64,000 bases of DNA from positions 192,001 through 256,000 of the forward strand of contig CAWJRG010000005.1 in the NCBI GenBank assembly GCA_963845185.1. Direction: 5' to 3'. The position numbers were made by a program, and so were the translations under genes. Numbering within the stretch: position 1 is the stretch's first letter; each line of letters begins with the position of its first letter. This stretch comes from an uncultured bacterium. GTDB taxonomy: Bacteria > Oederibacteriota > PGYV01 > CAWJRG01. The notes under the pieces were generated by a model. It did not search any database, was not told the DNA's origin, and saw only the letters and a program-made list of their open reading frames with translations. Shown in pieces: positions 53,151 to 62,600 of the stretch.

Positions 53151-53240
53151 GGCTCTTGTTCCTAGTCGCACTTCGTCTCTTAGTTTCTAAGTCTCATGTC
53201 TCTTGGTTTTGAACTTAGAAACCCAGAGACTTAGAGACAT
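53151..53240. repeat. 8-nt tandem repeats in inverted arms
   Basis: gtctctta-gtttctaa-gtctcat-gtctcttg ... cttagaaa-cccagaga-cttagaga. Confidence 0.65.
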
Positions 53241-53242
53241 AT

Positions 53243-55483
53243 TTATTTCACTTTGAATTTTTCGATGCTTATTGCATAATCAGTTTTTAATTCAGGCAGT
53301 TCAATCCTTAATTTAGATCCATCTCTGTCAATGATGTCTTCCTTTGTTTTTAAATATTTTCCATTGTAAGTATCGTAAAACTTGATTACGTATCTTCCTT
53401 TTCTTAAATCCATTATGTCAATATGTGCGCCTGTTACCGGGTCCGGGTTCAGGCTGCCCCAGTTATACCCGGCATTTTTCACCCAGATATAAGCTGAATT
53501 TCTGCTCTGAAGTCCGGATACAAATACAGGCGCAAGTCCCGAATTAATGTAATTTTCTATTTTTATATATTCAATTTTTATCCAGTCTTTGCCTGTATTT
53601 GATAATTTTATTTCGTTATCGCCTCGTGGCACGTCTATCTCGAATGTTTTGTCTATGCCTATCGCCTGGTATACGTTCCATTGCGGGAAAAATTTAGCCT
53701 GCTGGAAATTAGCCGCGGTCATGCTTACGTGCAAGGCTTCTTGGCCGTTTAAATAAGCTGTAAAATCACCGGAATCTGATACGGCCGATACTTTCACGAC
53801 AAACTTTATCGGCTGGTCATTTTTCAGAAAAAATACCGGGTCATTTTTAAGTTTGGCGTTGGCATCTCCCTGTAAAAAGCATATTAAAAACCTCTTGTTG
53901 TCTATTTTCCCGTCCTTATTGATTACAAATTTGTTTTCCTTGGCACGGCCCCACGAATCCGTCGGGTAAATCATCAGGTCTGTTGATTTTGTCTCGCTCC
54001 CTTTCTTCAGGAAAACATCGGTATTTTTTAGGTCATAAAACCCTGCTTTTATCCTGTTTATTTTTTTCGTGAAATCACAAAGCGGTTTGTAATACCTATA
54101 TAAATCATTCGGAGCTACGTAATTATCCCACCACCATGTCATTGGTGTCCCGAAAGAAAGCGTAAAAGCCCCTGCCCATATGGAGTTGTGGATATTTATT
54201 CCTTCTTTATCGAGCCCTTTTGTTATAAAGTCCGGCGTCGGGTCAATGCCGTATTCGGAGACTATATGGGGCTTTGGAAAGGTTTCAATCTTGTATTTAG
54301 AAATATCGCATATTTCCTCAGCCTCCTGCTTTAAATTGTAAATATGCGTTTGCGTAAAATCTACTCCCTTTAGGTTCCATATTATTTCTTCCTTGTAAGG
54401 GTCGGCAAAAGACGTGGATTTAAGATGCCTGTATATATCATATTTTAAGATACAATCAAACATTTCCCTGTGCCAGCTTGATGTTATTTCGGAATCATAA
54501 TTGTCCGTTAGGTCCACTTCGTTAAAAAGCTCCCATGCAAAAATATGCGTTGAGTATCCCCAGCGCGCTATTATATATCTTAACTTGTTTTTAAAGATAT
54601 TCATGGCGTTATCATCCGTAAAAAAATCCTCGGGTTTGTCAAGTATCCCGCCGTTTTTTGTGCTGTAAGGATTTTTATCCCATTCGCTGTTGTACTGTGT
54701 GGAAAATATTCCGTGCGGCACAAGGCAAAGCTCTATATAAATCCCCTTTCCCTCGCAAAGCCTGATAAGCTGGTCGAGCTGATAAGCCTGCAATTGTCTG
54801 CTTTCATAATTCCTCAGTTTCCCTTCCCATTCGATCTCATAACTCCACGGCGCCATCCAAACTCTGATTAAATTACCGCCGTTTTCGGCGAATCTGTCCA
54901 GCCATTCCGCATAATTAAGGTATCCTTTTTCTTTCGGCCATGCCATATCCATGGCATACGCAAAAAATGGCTCTTTATTGCTGTATTCCATAAAAAGAGG
55001 GTCCTGGGGGCTTACCCGGATAAAACCTTTATTGCCCTTATTTCCAGCGCATGTGAAATAAATCCACTGGCTTTCAAAAACGTCCTCGCTGCTTTTGTAA
55101 ATTTTTACCTGGCATGCCCATTTCCCCTGCTTTGACGGCGTGAACCTGACCTTAAAACTTTCAATACCCGGCGAATATGTATTTGCTGCTTTGTCGTAAT
55201 CAAAATTCTTGCAGTAAAAACCGTCCACAGTATAACTTTTTTTATCCGGGCTTTTGAATGTTGCCTCGACCCTTATTTCGTCAAAGTTATAGAAATTCGA
55301 AGGCTCCAAACCTGCCTTTACATTCAACTCAAAAAGTCCGTAAAGTTCCACCTTTTTTAAATTTTCCTGTATTGTTACGTCTATTGGATAAATTTTTATA
55401 TTTATCATAAATATACCTGCCAGCAGGATAATGATTTTAAGTGCATGTTTCATTTTATTTCCCATTTGTTTTCTTTTTGACAT
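53243..55483 (-). CDS. Secreted DUF5060/GH5-like (clan GH-A) glycoside hydrolase
   Basis: Signal peptide; ATFKSPD...VDGFY...KVRFTP...GKW; RYIIARWGYS; WELFNEV and VSEYG catalytic-type motifs. Confidence 0.75.
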   Translation of the reverse strand: MSKRKQMGNKMKHALKIIILLAGIFMINIKIYPIDVTIQENLKKVELYGLFELNVKAGLEPSNFYNFDEIRVEATFKSPDKKSYTVDGFYCKNFDYDKAANTYSPGIESFKVRFTPSKQGKWACQVKIYKSSEDVFESQWIYFTCAGNKGNKGFIRVSPQDPLFMEYSNKEPFFAYAMDMAWPKEKGYLNYAEWLDRFAENGGNLIRVWMAPWSYEIEWEGKLRNYESRQLQAYQLDQLIRLCEGKGIYIELCLVPHGIFSTQYNSEWDKNPYSTKNGGILDKPEDFFTDDNAMNIFKNKLRYIIARWGYSTHIFAWELFNEVDLTDNYDSEITSSWHREMFDCILKYDIYRHLKSTSFADPYKEEIIWNLKGVDFTQTHIYNLKQEAEEICDISKYKIETFPKPHIVSEYGIDPTPDFITKGLDKEGINIHNSIWAGAFTLSFGTPMTWWWDNYVAPNDLYRYYKPLCDFTKKINRIKAGFYDLKNTDVFLKKGSETKSTDLMIYPTDSWGRAKENKFVINKDGKIDNKRFLICFLQGDANAKLKNDPVFFLKNDQPIKFVVKVSAVSDSGDFTAYLNGQEALHVSMTAANFQQAKFFPQWNVYQAIGIDKTFEIDVPRGDNEIKLSNTGKDWIKIEYIKIENYINSGLAPVFVSGLQSRNSAYIWVKNAGYNWGSLNPDPVTGAHIDIMDLRKGRYVIKFYDTYNGKYLKTKEDIIDRDGSKLRIELPELKTDYAISIEKFKVK

Positions 55484-55547
55484 TTAGCATCCTTTTTTAT
55501 TAATCTTTCCATCCCTTACCCCTTACCACTCCCCCCTTACCTCTCAC

Positions 55548-56678
55548 TCACCATATCCCTCTGATTGGATAACCGCAATAACCGCATTTTCCATCCTTGA
55601 TGTTGTTCTCAAGTATGGTATATCCATAGCGCTTTATTACTATTTTACCACAATGCGGGCAGTATGTGCTCTCATAAATGTTGCCCGGCAGATTTCCGAT
55701 ATAGACATACTGCAACCCCTCTTCTTTTGCGATGTCGTGTGCCCTTGTCAGTGTTGATTCATCGGTCGCAGGCAGGTTTGACAGCAAATACTGCGGGTAA
55801 AACCTTGTAAAAAACAGGGGCGTGTCTTCACCCATGTTTGCCTTTATCCACCTGCTCATTTGCCTTATCTCATCCATGTTGTCGTTCAGGCCGGGCACAA
55901 CAAGGTTTACCAGTTCGGTTAATTTGTTGTTTGCTTTCAAAATTTTCAGCGTTGAAAGAATATCTGAAAGCCTGCAGCCAACTGTTTTCCTGTAAAAACC
56001 GTCGTCAAACCCCTTTAAATCTATTTTAACCACGTCAAGGTACGGCAGCAGTTTTTCAAGCGGCTCTTTGTTTATATACCCGCCTGATATAAAAACATTA
56101 TATATCCCTTTTTCTTTCGCGAGCTTTGCCGTGTCATAAACATATTCATAAAAAATTACCGGCTCAGAATATGTATATGCTATGGATTCGCACTTATAAT
56201 ATTCCGCATTTTCCACCACTTTATCAGGAAGCATAATGTCATAAGCCGCATCTTCCGGATTACACTGCGATAACTGCCAATTCTGGCAGAAATCGCACCT
56301 TAAGTTGCACCCGTTTGTGGCTATTGAAAAAGCCTGAGAGCCTGGCTTTAAGTGGTAAACAGGTTTTTTTTCAATCGGGTCTATTGCTACTGATTTTGGC
56401 AGGCCGTAAACCATGGTATAAAGTTTGTCGCCGGTATTAATCCTGACCCTGCATTTCCCCCTGTACCCTTCGGGCAGGAAACATTCCTTCGGGCACAGGT
56501 CGCACTGCACACCGTTGCATGTAGTATGGTAAAACATCGCTTCTCTTATTGTCTGGCTTTTATCCAAAAAAACTTTTTTGTTAAAAAAAGCAGGGGCTGT
56601 TGTTATAAAAGTCGCGGCTAAGGTAATATTTAAAGTCAGTATGATAAATGCCTTTATTATTGGGATTTTTTCCTTCAT
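55548..56678 (-). CDS. AmmeMemoRadiSam system radical SAM enzyme (AmrS-like) with N-terminal hydrophobic segment
   Basis: CDLCPKEC, DPIEKKP, CNLRCDFCQNW, AYTYSEP, C-terminal CPHC and CGYC; start MKEK overlaps upstream stop. Confidence 0.88.
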   Translation of the reverse strand: MKEKIPIIKAFIILTLNITLAATFITTAPAFFNKKVFLDKSQTIREAMFYHTTCNGVQCDLCPKECFLPEGYRGKCRVRINTGDKLYTMVYGLPKSVAIDPIEKKPVYHLKPGSQAFSIATNGCNLRCDFCQNWQLSQCNPEDAAYDIMLPDKVVENAEYYKCESIAYTYSEPVIFYEYVYDTAKLAKEKGIYNVFISGGYINKEPLEKLLPYLDVVKIDLKGFDDGFYRKTVGCRLSDILSTLKILKANNKLTELVNLVVPGLNDNMDEIRQMSRWIKANMGEDTPLFFTRFYPQYLLSNLPATDESTLTRAHDIAKEEGLQYVYIGNLPGNIYESTYCPHCGKIVIKRYGYTILENNIKDGKCGYCGYPIRGIW

Positions 56679-57322
56679 TTTTTTACCCCTAAAGTTTTTG
56701 CAACCGCTGTGCAAAAAGGCGCTAGACCAATAATCATGCCCGCCATAAAAATACCCCAGTAAAAATGCGACGGGTATTTATTATGCACAACGTCGGGCAC
56801 GCATGTTATAAATGAAATAATAACAATAATCCCTCCTGTTATTTCCATTAGCCATAACCACTTCGTTTGGTAAAACTCCCCGTTTTTGTTAATAAAATAG
56901 ATTAACAGAAGTGCCGCTGTGATAAGGGTAAGTGATACTAAAAGCGGTGCAAGCACCGGCCCAACCCATACGACAGGTATAAAAAACAACACATCCATAG
57001 TAAAAAAATTTGGCGGCCAGTTCAATATTGCTTTAAGGCCGATATAATAAACTACATCCCATATGCCGAATATATAAGCGAAATAAGCGAATTTTTCCAA
57101 TTTTGTCTTGCCTGCGATTATAGCTACGCCGAGAATCATTATTATGGTGGCAAACTCCCTTGACACTTCGGTTGCCAGTATCCTTCCAGCAATGGTTTTC
57201 AAAGGAAAATCAAAGCCTTCCGGATACAATAATCCGCGCAAATAAACCACCACGGCTGCCTCAAGATATCCCATGGCTGCCGCGTACAGGAATACCCAGA
57301 ATAGTATTCTTTTATAATTCAT
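56675..57322 (-). CDS. Hypothetical multi-pass membrane protein
   Basis: About 6 TM helices; AMGYLEAAVVVYLR, REFAT, WDVVYY. Confidence 0.75.
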   Translation of the reverse strand: MNYKRILFWVFLYAAAMGYLEAAVVVYLRGLLYPEGFDFPLKTIAGRILATEVSREFATIIMILGVAIIAGKTKLEKFAYFAYIFGIWDVVYYIGLKAILNWPPNFFTMDVLFFIPVVWVGPVLAPLLVSLTLITAALLLIYFINKNGEFYQTKWLWLMEITGGIIVIISFITCVPDVVHNKYPSHFYWGIFMAGMIIGLAPFCTAVAKTLGVKK

Positions 57323-57387
57323 ATTTCACCAGTCGTCCCGTGAAAAAATATTATCCTTCGCAGTGATTTATTGAGCATACCTAATGG

Positions 57388-57840
57388 CTATTGAAAATAA
57401 AATCTGGCTCCCAGTCCCCATTGCAGTGTAAACCACATGCCTGGCAGGACATTCAAAGACGGCGCAACTTCAAGAAATATATCAATAGGCGCGTCACTAA
57501 AAAGATAGCTCATGCCGAACGGCACCCTTACCCCTAAATCTCCCGAGCTGCCCGACGCTCCTCCGAAAGCACCGATCCCAAAATAAAGCGGCATTGACCC
57601 TTCCCTGAGTTTTATTATTTTAAAATTATGGATAAGGTAGTCGATATGCATGTCAATGTATGAACCAAGCCACCATCCTACGGCGGCGTCTATTGCCGTA
57701 TTTTTCGACTGCCACAGTTTAAAACTTAACCCTGTAGGGTCACCTACTATAACGCCCAATCCAAAATCCCTGTGCCAGGCTAAAGCAGAAGCCGAAAAAG
57801 TAATTGATAAAACGAGCAAAAGCAAAATAACTTTTTTCAT
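57388..57840 (-). CDS. Small outer-membrane beta-barrel protein (DUF3996-like)
   Basis: Signal peptide; FGLGVIVGDPTGLSFK; C-terminal beta-signal GLGARFYF. Confidence 0.75.
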   Translation of the reverse strand: MKKVILLLLVLSITFSASALAWHRDFGLGVIVGDPTGLSFKLWQSKNTAIDAAVGWWLGSYIDMHIDYLIHNFKIIKLREGSMPLYFGIGAFGGASGSSGDLGVRVPFGMSYLFSDAPIDIFLEVAPSLNVLPGMWFTLQWGLGARFYFQ

Positions 57841-57927
57841 ATTTTCCTCCTCGCAGGTATTTTACGCAAATTTTACTGCCTATTCCAGTTTTGCCTTGAT
57901 ATACATATATTTATACCCGCATTATAT

Positions 57928-57955
57928 TTGTAATTAATGTCAATTATGCTATAAT
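57928..57955 (+). promoter_or_regulatory. Extended -10 promoter for the epimerase gene
   Basis: TTGTAA-N16-TATAAT with TG at 57947-57948. Confidence 0.45.
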
Positions 57956-58016
57956 ATATATTGTACTGTCAATATAAAAAACCAAAGACAAAAGAAATGC
58001 TCAAGGAGCAAAAGAA

Positions 58017-58916
58017 ATGGAAATATACATAACAGGCGGGACTGGCTTTATAGGCAGCTATGTAGTAAAAGAACTATGCGGCAATAAGAATAATATTACT
58101 GTACTCGCCCGCAATCCCAATAAAGTTCCGGCCCTGGCAAACCTGCCTAATGTCACTGTTAAAAAAGCAAATATGCTCGATTACAAGGCGGTTGAAAAAT
58201 CAATAAACAATATTGACGCGCTTGTGCATATCGCGCTGTCCTGGGGCGATACCGGGCCTGATATGATAAAAAACGAAACTTTATCTTCAGTCAAAATCAT
58301 AGACATTGCCCTTAAAAAAGGCGCAAAAAAAATCATCTTCACGTCCTCCACTGCTGCCCAGGGTTCAATAAAAAAAGACACTGATGAAACCGCAAAAATG
58401 CGTCCCAATGATTTTTACGGGGCGACAAAAGGAGCGGTTGAACTTTTCATGGATGCGTATTCAAGTTATTACCCCAATATTTGCCTGAATGTAATAAGGC
58501 CCGGTTATACTTTCGGCAACCCTGCTGTAGAGGGCGGTTCCATCGAGTCCGACGTCCGTTTTAAAACAATCTGCTCAAACGCGAAGTTTGGAAGGCCGAT
58601 AGAAGTTACAAAAACAGACGGCACGCAATTTATATGGGCAGGAGACCTTGCCGTGATATACAAAAAAGTCCTGAATAGCCGCTTAAAAAACCAGGTCTTT
58701 TACGGCTTGGGAAGTAAATTCATAACATGGGAACAGGTTGCGCAATGGGCTGTTGAAACCGCAAAAGGCAAAAGCAGGATTAAAGTTATCGACAGGGGCT
58801 GGTCAAAAAATCCGCCTTTTTACAGAGTGGATAAAATCAGGAAATATTTTGGTTTGTCTTTTAACCCGGCTGAAAAAATCAAAAAACACATCGAGTATCT
58901 CCTGGATATTTCGTAA
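58017..58916 (+). CDS. NAD-dependent epimerase/dehydratase (extended SDR)
   Basis: ITGGTGFIG, FTSS, YGATK. Confidence 0.92.
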   Translation: MEIYITGGTGFIGSYVVKELCGNKNNITVLARNPNKVPALANLPNVTVKKANMLDYKAVEKSINNIDALVHIALSWGDTGPDMIKNETLSSVKIIDIALKKGAKKIIFTSSTAAQGSIKKDTDETAKMRPNDFYGATKGAVELFMDAYSSYYPNICLNVIRPGYTFGNPAVEGGSIESDVRFKTICSNAKFGRPIEVTKTDGTQFIWAGDLAVIYKKVLNSRLKNQVFYGLGSKFITWEQVAQWAVETAKGKSRIKVIDRGWSKNPPFYRVDKIRKYFGLSFNPAEKIKKHIEYLLDIS

Positions 58917-58924
58917 TTTGGCGT

Positions 58925-59113
58925 CCTGTGGAACCCCGCCGACGGGAGTCGGCGGCTCCTTTAGAAACCACCGGAGGTTATCATAAGTTCCCTCAGGAAA
59001 GGCTATAGTCCCGAGCGAAGTCGAGCGGATATAATTCATCCCCCAACCGGAGTTGGGGGATTTCTTTCTGGATTATTTATCCCCTTTAATAAAGGGGACA
59101 CAGGGGATTTGCC
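58925..59113. repeat. Cluster of short REP-like palindromes between convergent genes
   Basis: ccgccgac-ggga-gtcggcgg; tcccgagcgaagtcgagcgga; atcccccaac-cgga-gttgggggat; tcccctttaataaagggga. Confidence 0.7.
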
Positions 59114-59194
59114 TTTATGGTTTTTGTTTCAAATTTCTAAATCTAGCTCCACATCCCACGCCGCAAATCGCACTTATTTTACCTCACGCTTCTT

Positions 59195-59425
59195 TTACTC
59201 TGACGCTATCACCTTTGTTACTTCCGGAATTTCTTCTTTTAAACGCGCTTCTACCCCGCCGCTCAGTGTCATTATTGCCATCGGGCACCCGTGGCACGCG
59301 CCTGTAAGCTTGACTTTTACTTCTCCTGTTTTTTCGTCAACATCTATAAGCTCCAAATCCCCGCCATCTGCCTGCAGGAACGGCCTTATTTCATTTAAAA
59401 CTTTTTCGACTTTTTCCTTCAACAT
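59195..59425 (-). CDS. NifU-C/Nfu domain Fe-S carrier protein
   Basis: [23 protein letters not shown]. Confidence 0.93.
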   Translation of the reverse strand: MLKEKVEKVLNEIRPFLQADGGDLELIDVDEKTGEVKVKLTGACHGCPMAIMTLSGGVEARLKEEIPEVTKVIASE

Positions 59426-59437
59426 ATAAGCCTCCTT

Positions 59438-59534
59438 AGTAAGCGTTATTTTGCCAAACCGGTTACACCGCAGGCAAAATACTACTCTTACTTGTCCCCA
59501 CTCAAGTCCTTTGCCTGCAAAGGACGAGCGGGAC
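59438..59534 (-). repeat. Two-hairpin dispersed element, copy with compensatory changes
   Basis: agtaagcgttattttgcc...ggcaaaatactactcttact then gtccccactcaagtcc...ggacgagcgggac. Confidence 0.82.
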
Positions 59535-59659
59535 TAATTTCAAAAATCTTTCTGATATTATATTTTTATCACATAAGCTGTTTAAAGTCAAAGATTTTAC
59601 GGAAAAATATGATATGTGTGGATTATTTATCCATGCAACCTTGGAAATAAAACAATATT

Positions 59660-62600
59660 TTAATTATAAATCACAAAAATTTTGCCTTCGATAGCGCTGC
59701 TTCCCGGGTTTGTAATAACGAAATAATAAATGCCGGGAGACACTTTTTCACCATACCTGTTTTTACCGTCCCAGTACGCAATGATACTCTGAGCCTCGAT
59801 GGATGAAACCAGTTCGCCGGATATAGTGTAAATCTGTATTGAGCAGCCGGGTACCACATTTTCAAATTTCAGCATGCCTCCGATAGCCCTGTTCGGGTTA
59901 TATGGGTTTGGATAGACAACAGGCTTGCCCTCGGGGTAAAAACTGTTGTTTGAGTAAACGGGCGGGTGCTTGGTGACGTTGTAAAACGGGTCGTTGTAAT
60001 TAATGACCATGATATTGGTGACAGGCAGTTTTGCCGGGTCAAAGGAAGTTAAATCAACAGTAAATTGAACAACTATGGACTGTCCCGGCGCAAGTGTTCC
60101 TGCAGTTCCTGTCAGGTTCCACGCGATGTAATTGCCGGATATGGTAGGAGTCGGGACAAGCGGCAGGCTGATAGATACCAAAGAAAGCTCTCCCGGAAGC
60201 GTGTCCCATATAGAAATGTTGCTGATAGTTGTGTTTGAAGTATTGTCAATGACAAGGGTATAGGTAATTTTGGCGCCGAGCCTCGGGTTGTCGCCGCTAA
60301 CAGATAGCGAAACAGAAGGCGTGACAGGCGTGTTGATATTGGGCGTAGCCGTGATGGTGTATGTGGCTGTTATGGTCGGGGATGAAGTGCGCGTCAATGT
60401 TTCAGTAACCGTGTATGTGTAGGTATATGTAACTGTATGAGTGTAAGTTGAAGTCGGTGACAGCGTGTCTGTATATGTGCGGGTGACCGTAGGCGTGGAT
60501 GTCGAGGTAAATGTCATTGTTATAGTGCGCGTGTCAGTGTCTGTAGGTGTATTTGTGAAAGTGTAAGTGGAAGTCATGGTCGGGCTGTAGGTCGGCGTGG
60601 AAGTGAGAGTATCTATCGGCGAATCCGTATATGTGGGCGTTGCTGTAAACGTGTCAGTGAAAGTATCGGTGATTGTGACTGTATATGTATATGTGAGGGT
60701 AACAGTTCCGGTATAAGTCAATGTGGCTGTTTTTGTGTTGGTATATGTCGGCGTGGCTGTCAGGGTCGGGCTGTCAGTATATGTGGGAGTAAATGTAGCT
60801 GATACTATGACCGTGGTGTATGTCGGTGTTATGGTATATGTGGACGTCAGCGTTATGGTATATGTGTAAGTATATGTTGATGTGGGAGTAAATGTTGGCG
60901 TAGATGTCATGGTGTGTGTATAGGTCGGCGTGTCTGTAGGTGTTATTGTGTAAGTCGGCGTAAATGTCGCTGATAATATTACCTGGGTAAATGTCATTGT
61001 TATTGTGTAAGTCGGCGTTTGTGTATCAGTCAGCGTTGCTGTATATGTATAAGTATATGTGATTGTATGCGTCAATGTCGGCGTTGACGTCATGGTTATT
61101 GTGTCTGTAGGAGTTATCGTGTATGTCGGCGTAAATGTGGCTGATATTATTACCACAGTATAAGTCATTGTTATTGTGTAAGTCGGCGTGCTTGTGCTTG
61201 TCAGAGTGACTGTATCGGTATAAGTGTATGTGGCAGTGTTGGTGTAAGTAGGCGTACTTGTCCGCGTGTATGTCGCTGAAACTGTATTTGTCAGTGTCGG
61301 GCTGAAGGTAGGCGTATCTGTCAGAGTAATTGTATATGTATAAGTATATGTCACTGTGCTGGTTAAAGATGGCGTCGATGTTTTGGTTATCGTGTCTGTC
61401 GGAGTTGCCGTGTATGTTGGGGTTATTGTCGCTGATACTATTACCACGGTATAAGTCATTGTTATGGTATAGGTCGGCGTTGATGTGCTTGTGAATGTAG
61501 GCGTATCAGTTAGTGTGATCGTAGATGTATAAGTATATGTTACTGTGCGCGTGTAAGATGATGTCGGCGATAAAGTGTTTGTGTATGTAGGTGTAGCTGT
61601 TGGCGTGTCTGTCTGTGTGTAGGTAGGCGTATATGTCCTGGTAAATGTCATGGAAGTCGTGATTGTTGATGTTGGAGTCGGAGTCTGTGTATCAGTCAGC
61701 GTGATTGTATATGTGTAAGTATATGTAACTGTGTTGGTTGACGATGGCGTTGATGTTTTAGTTATCGTGTCTGTAGGAGTTATCGTATATGTTGGGGTTA
61801 TGGTTGCTGATATTATTACCACAGTATAAGTCATGGTTATAGTATATGTGGGGGTTATTGTGCTTGTGATTGTCGGCGTATCAGTCAGCGTGATTGTATA
61901 TGTGTAAGTATATGTGGCTGTACGTGTATAAGAAGATGTCGGCGACAGAGTGTTTGTGTAGGTAGGCGTTGCGGTTGGTGTGTCTGACTGTGTGTAGGTA
62001 GGCGTATATGTCCTGGTGAAGGTCATGGAAGTAGTAATTGTTGATGTTGGAGTAGGAGTTGGCGTATCAGTCAGCGTGATTGTATATGTGTAAGTATATG
62101 TTACTGTTTGTGTGTAAGAAGATGTCGGCGACAGAGTGTTTGTATATGTAGGCGTTGCTGTGGGTGTAGGCGTCTGCGTGTATGTCAACGTATTTGTTCT
62201 GGTAAATGTAACAGACACTGTATTTGTTACTGATAATGTGGATGTCGGTGTTGTAGTTATTGTTGCCGTATATGTGTAAGTATAAGTCACCGTTCGTGTG
62301 TATGTGCAAGTGGGCGATAGCGTGTTTGTACATGTAGCAGTGGCGCTTGGCGTTGGAGAAGGAGTGTTTGTCAATGTTACTGTTTCTGTGTTTGTCCGCG
62401 TGCCTGTGGAAGTAGCCGTGTACGAAAATGTATACGTCGCTGTCACAGTGTATGTGTAGGTCGGCGACATTGTAATTGTAGCTGTTGGCGTGTTTGTCCT
62501 TGTAGCTGTATATGAAGGTGTTGAAGGTATTGTGCTGGTAAAAGTAGCACTTGAAGTTGGTGTTATTGTAGTCGTATTTGTCCTAGTAGCTGTAACTGTG

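Noticed and set aside
58917..59110. tRNA or other known structural RNA
   Set aside because: No cloverleaf, T-loop or CCA pattern, and no SRP, tmRNA or RNase P signature recognised.
58738..59307. Short ORFs 58738-58986, 58803-59039 and 59053-59307
   Set aside because: They run through the palindrome cluster or antisense to real genes and have no recognisable motifs.
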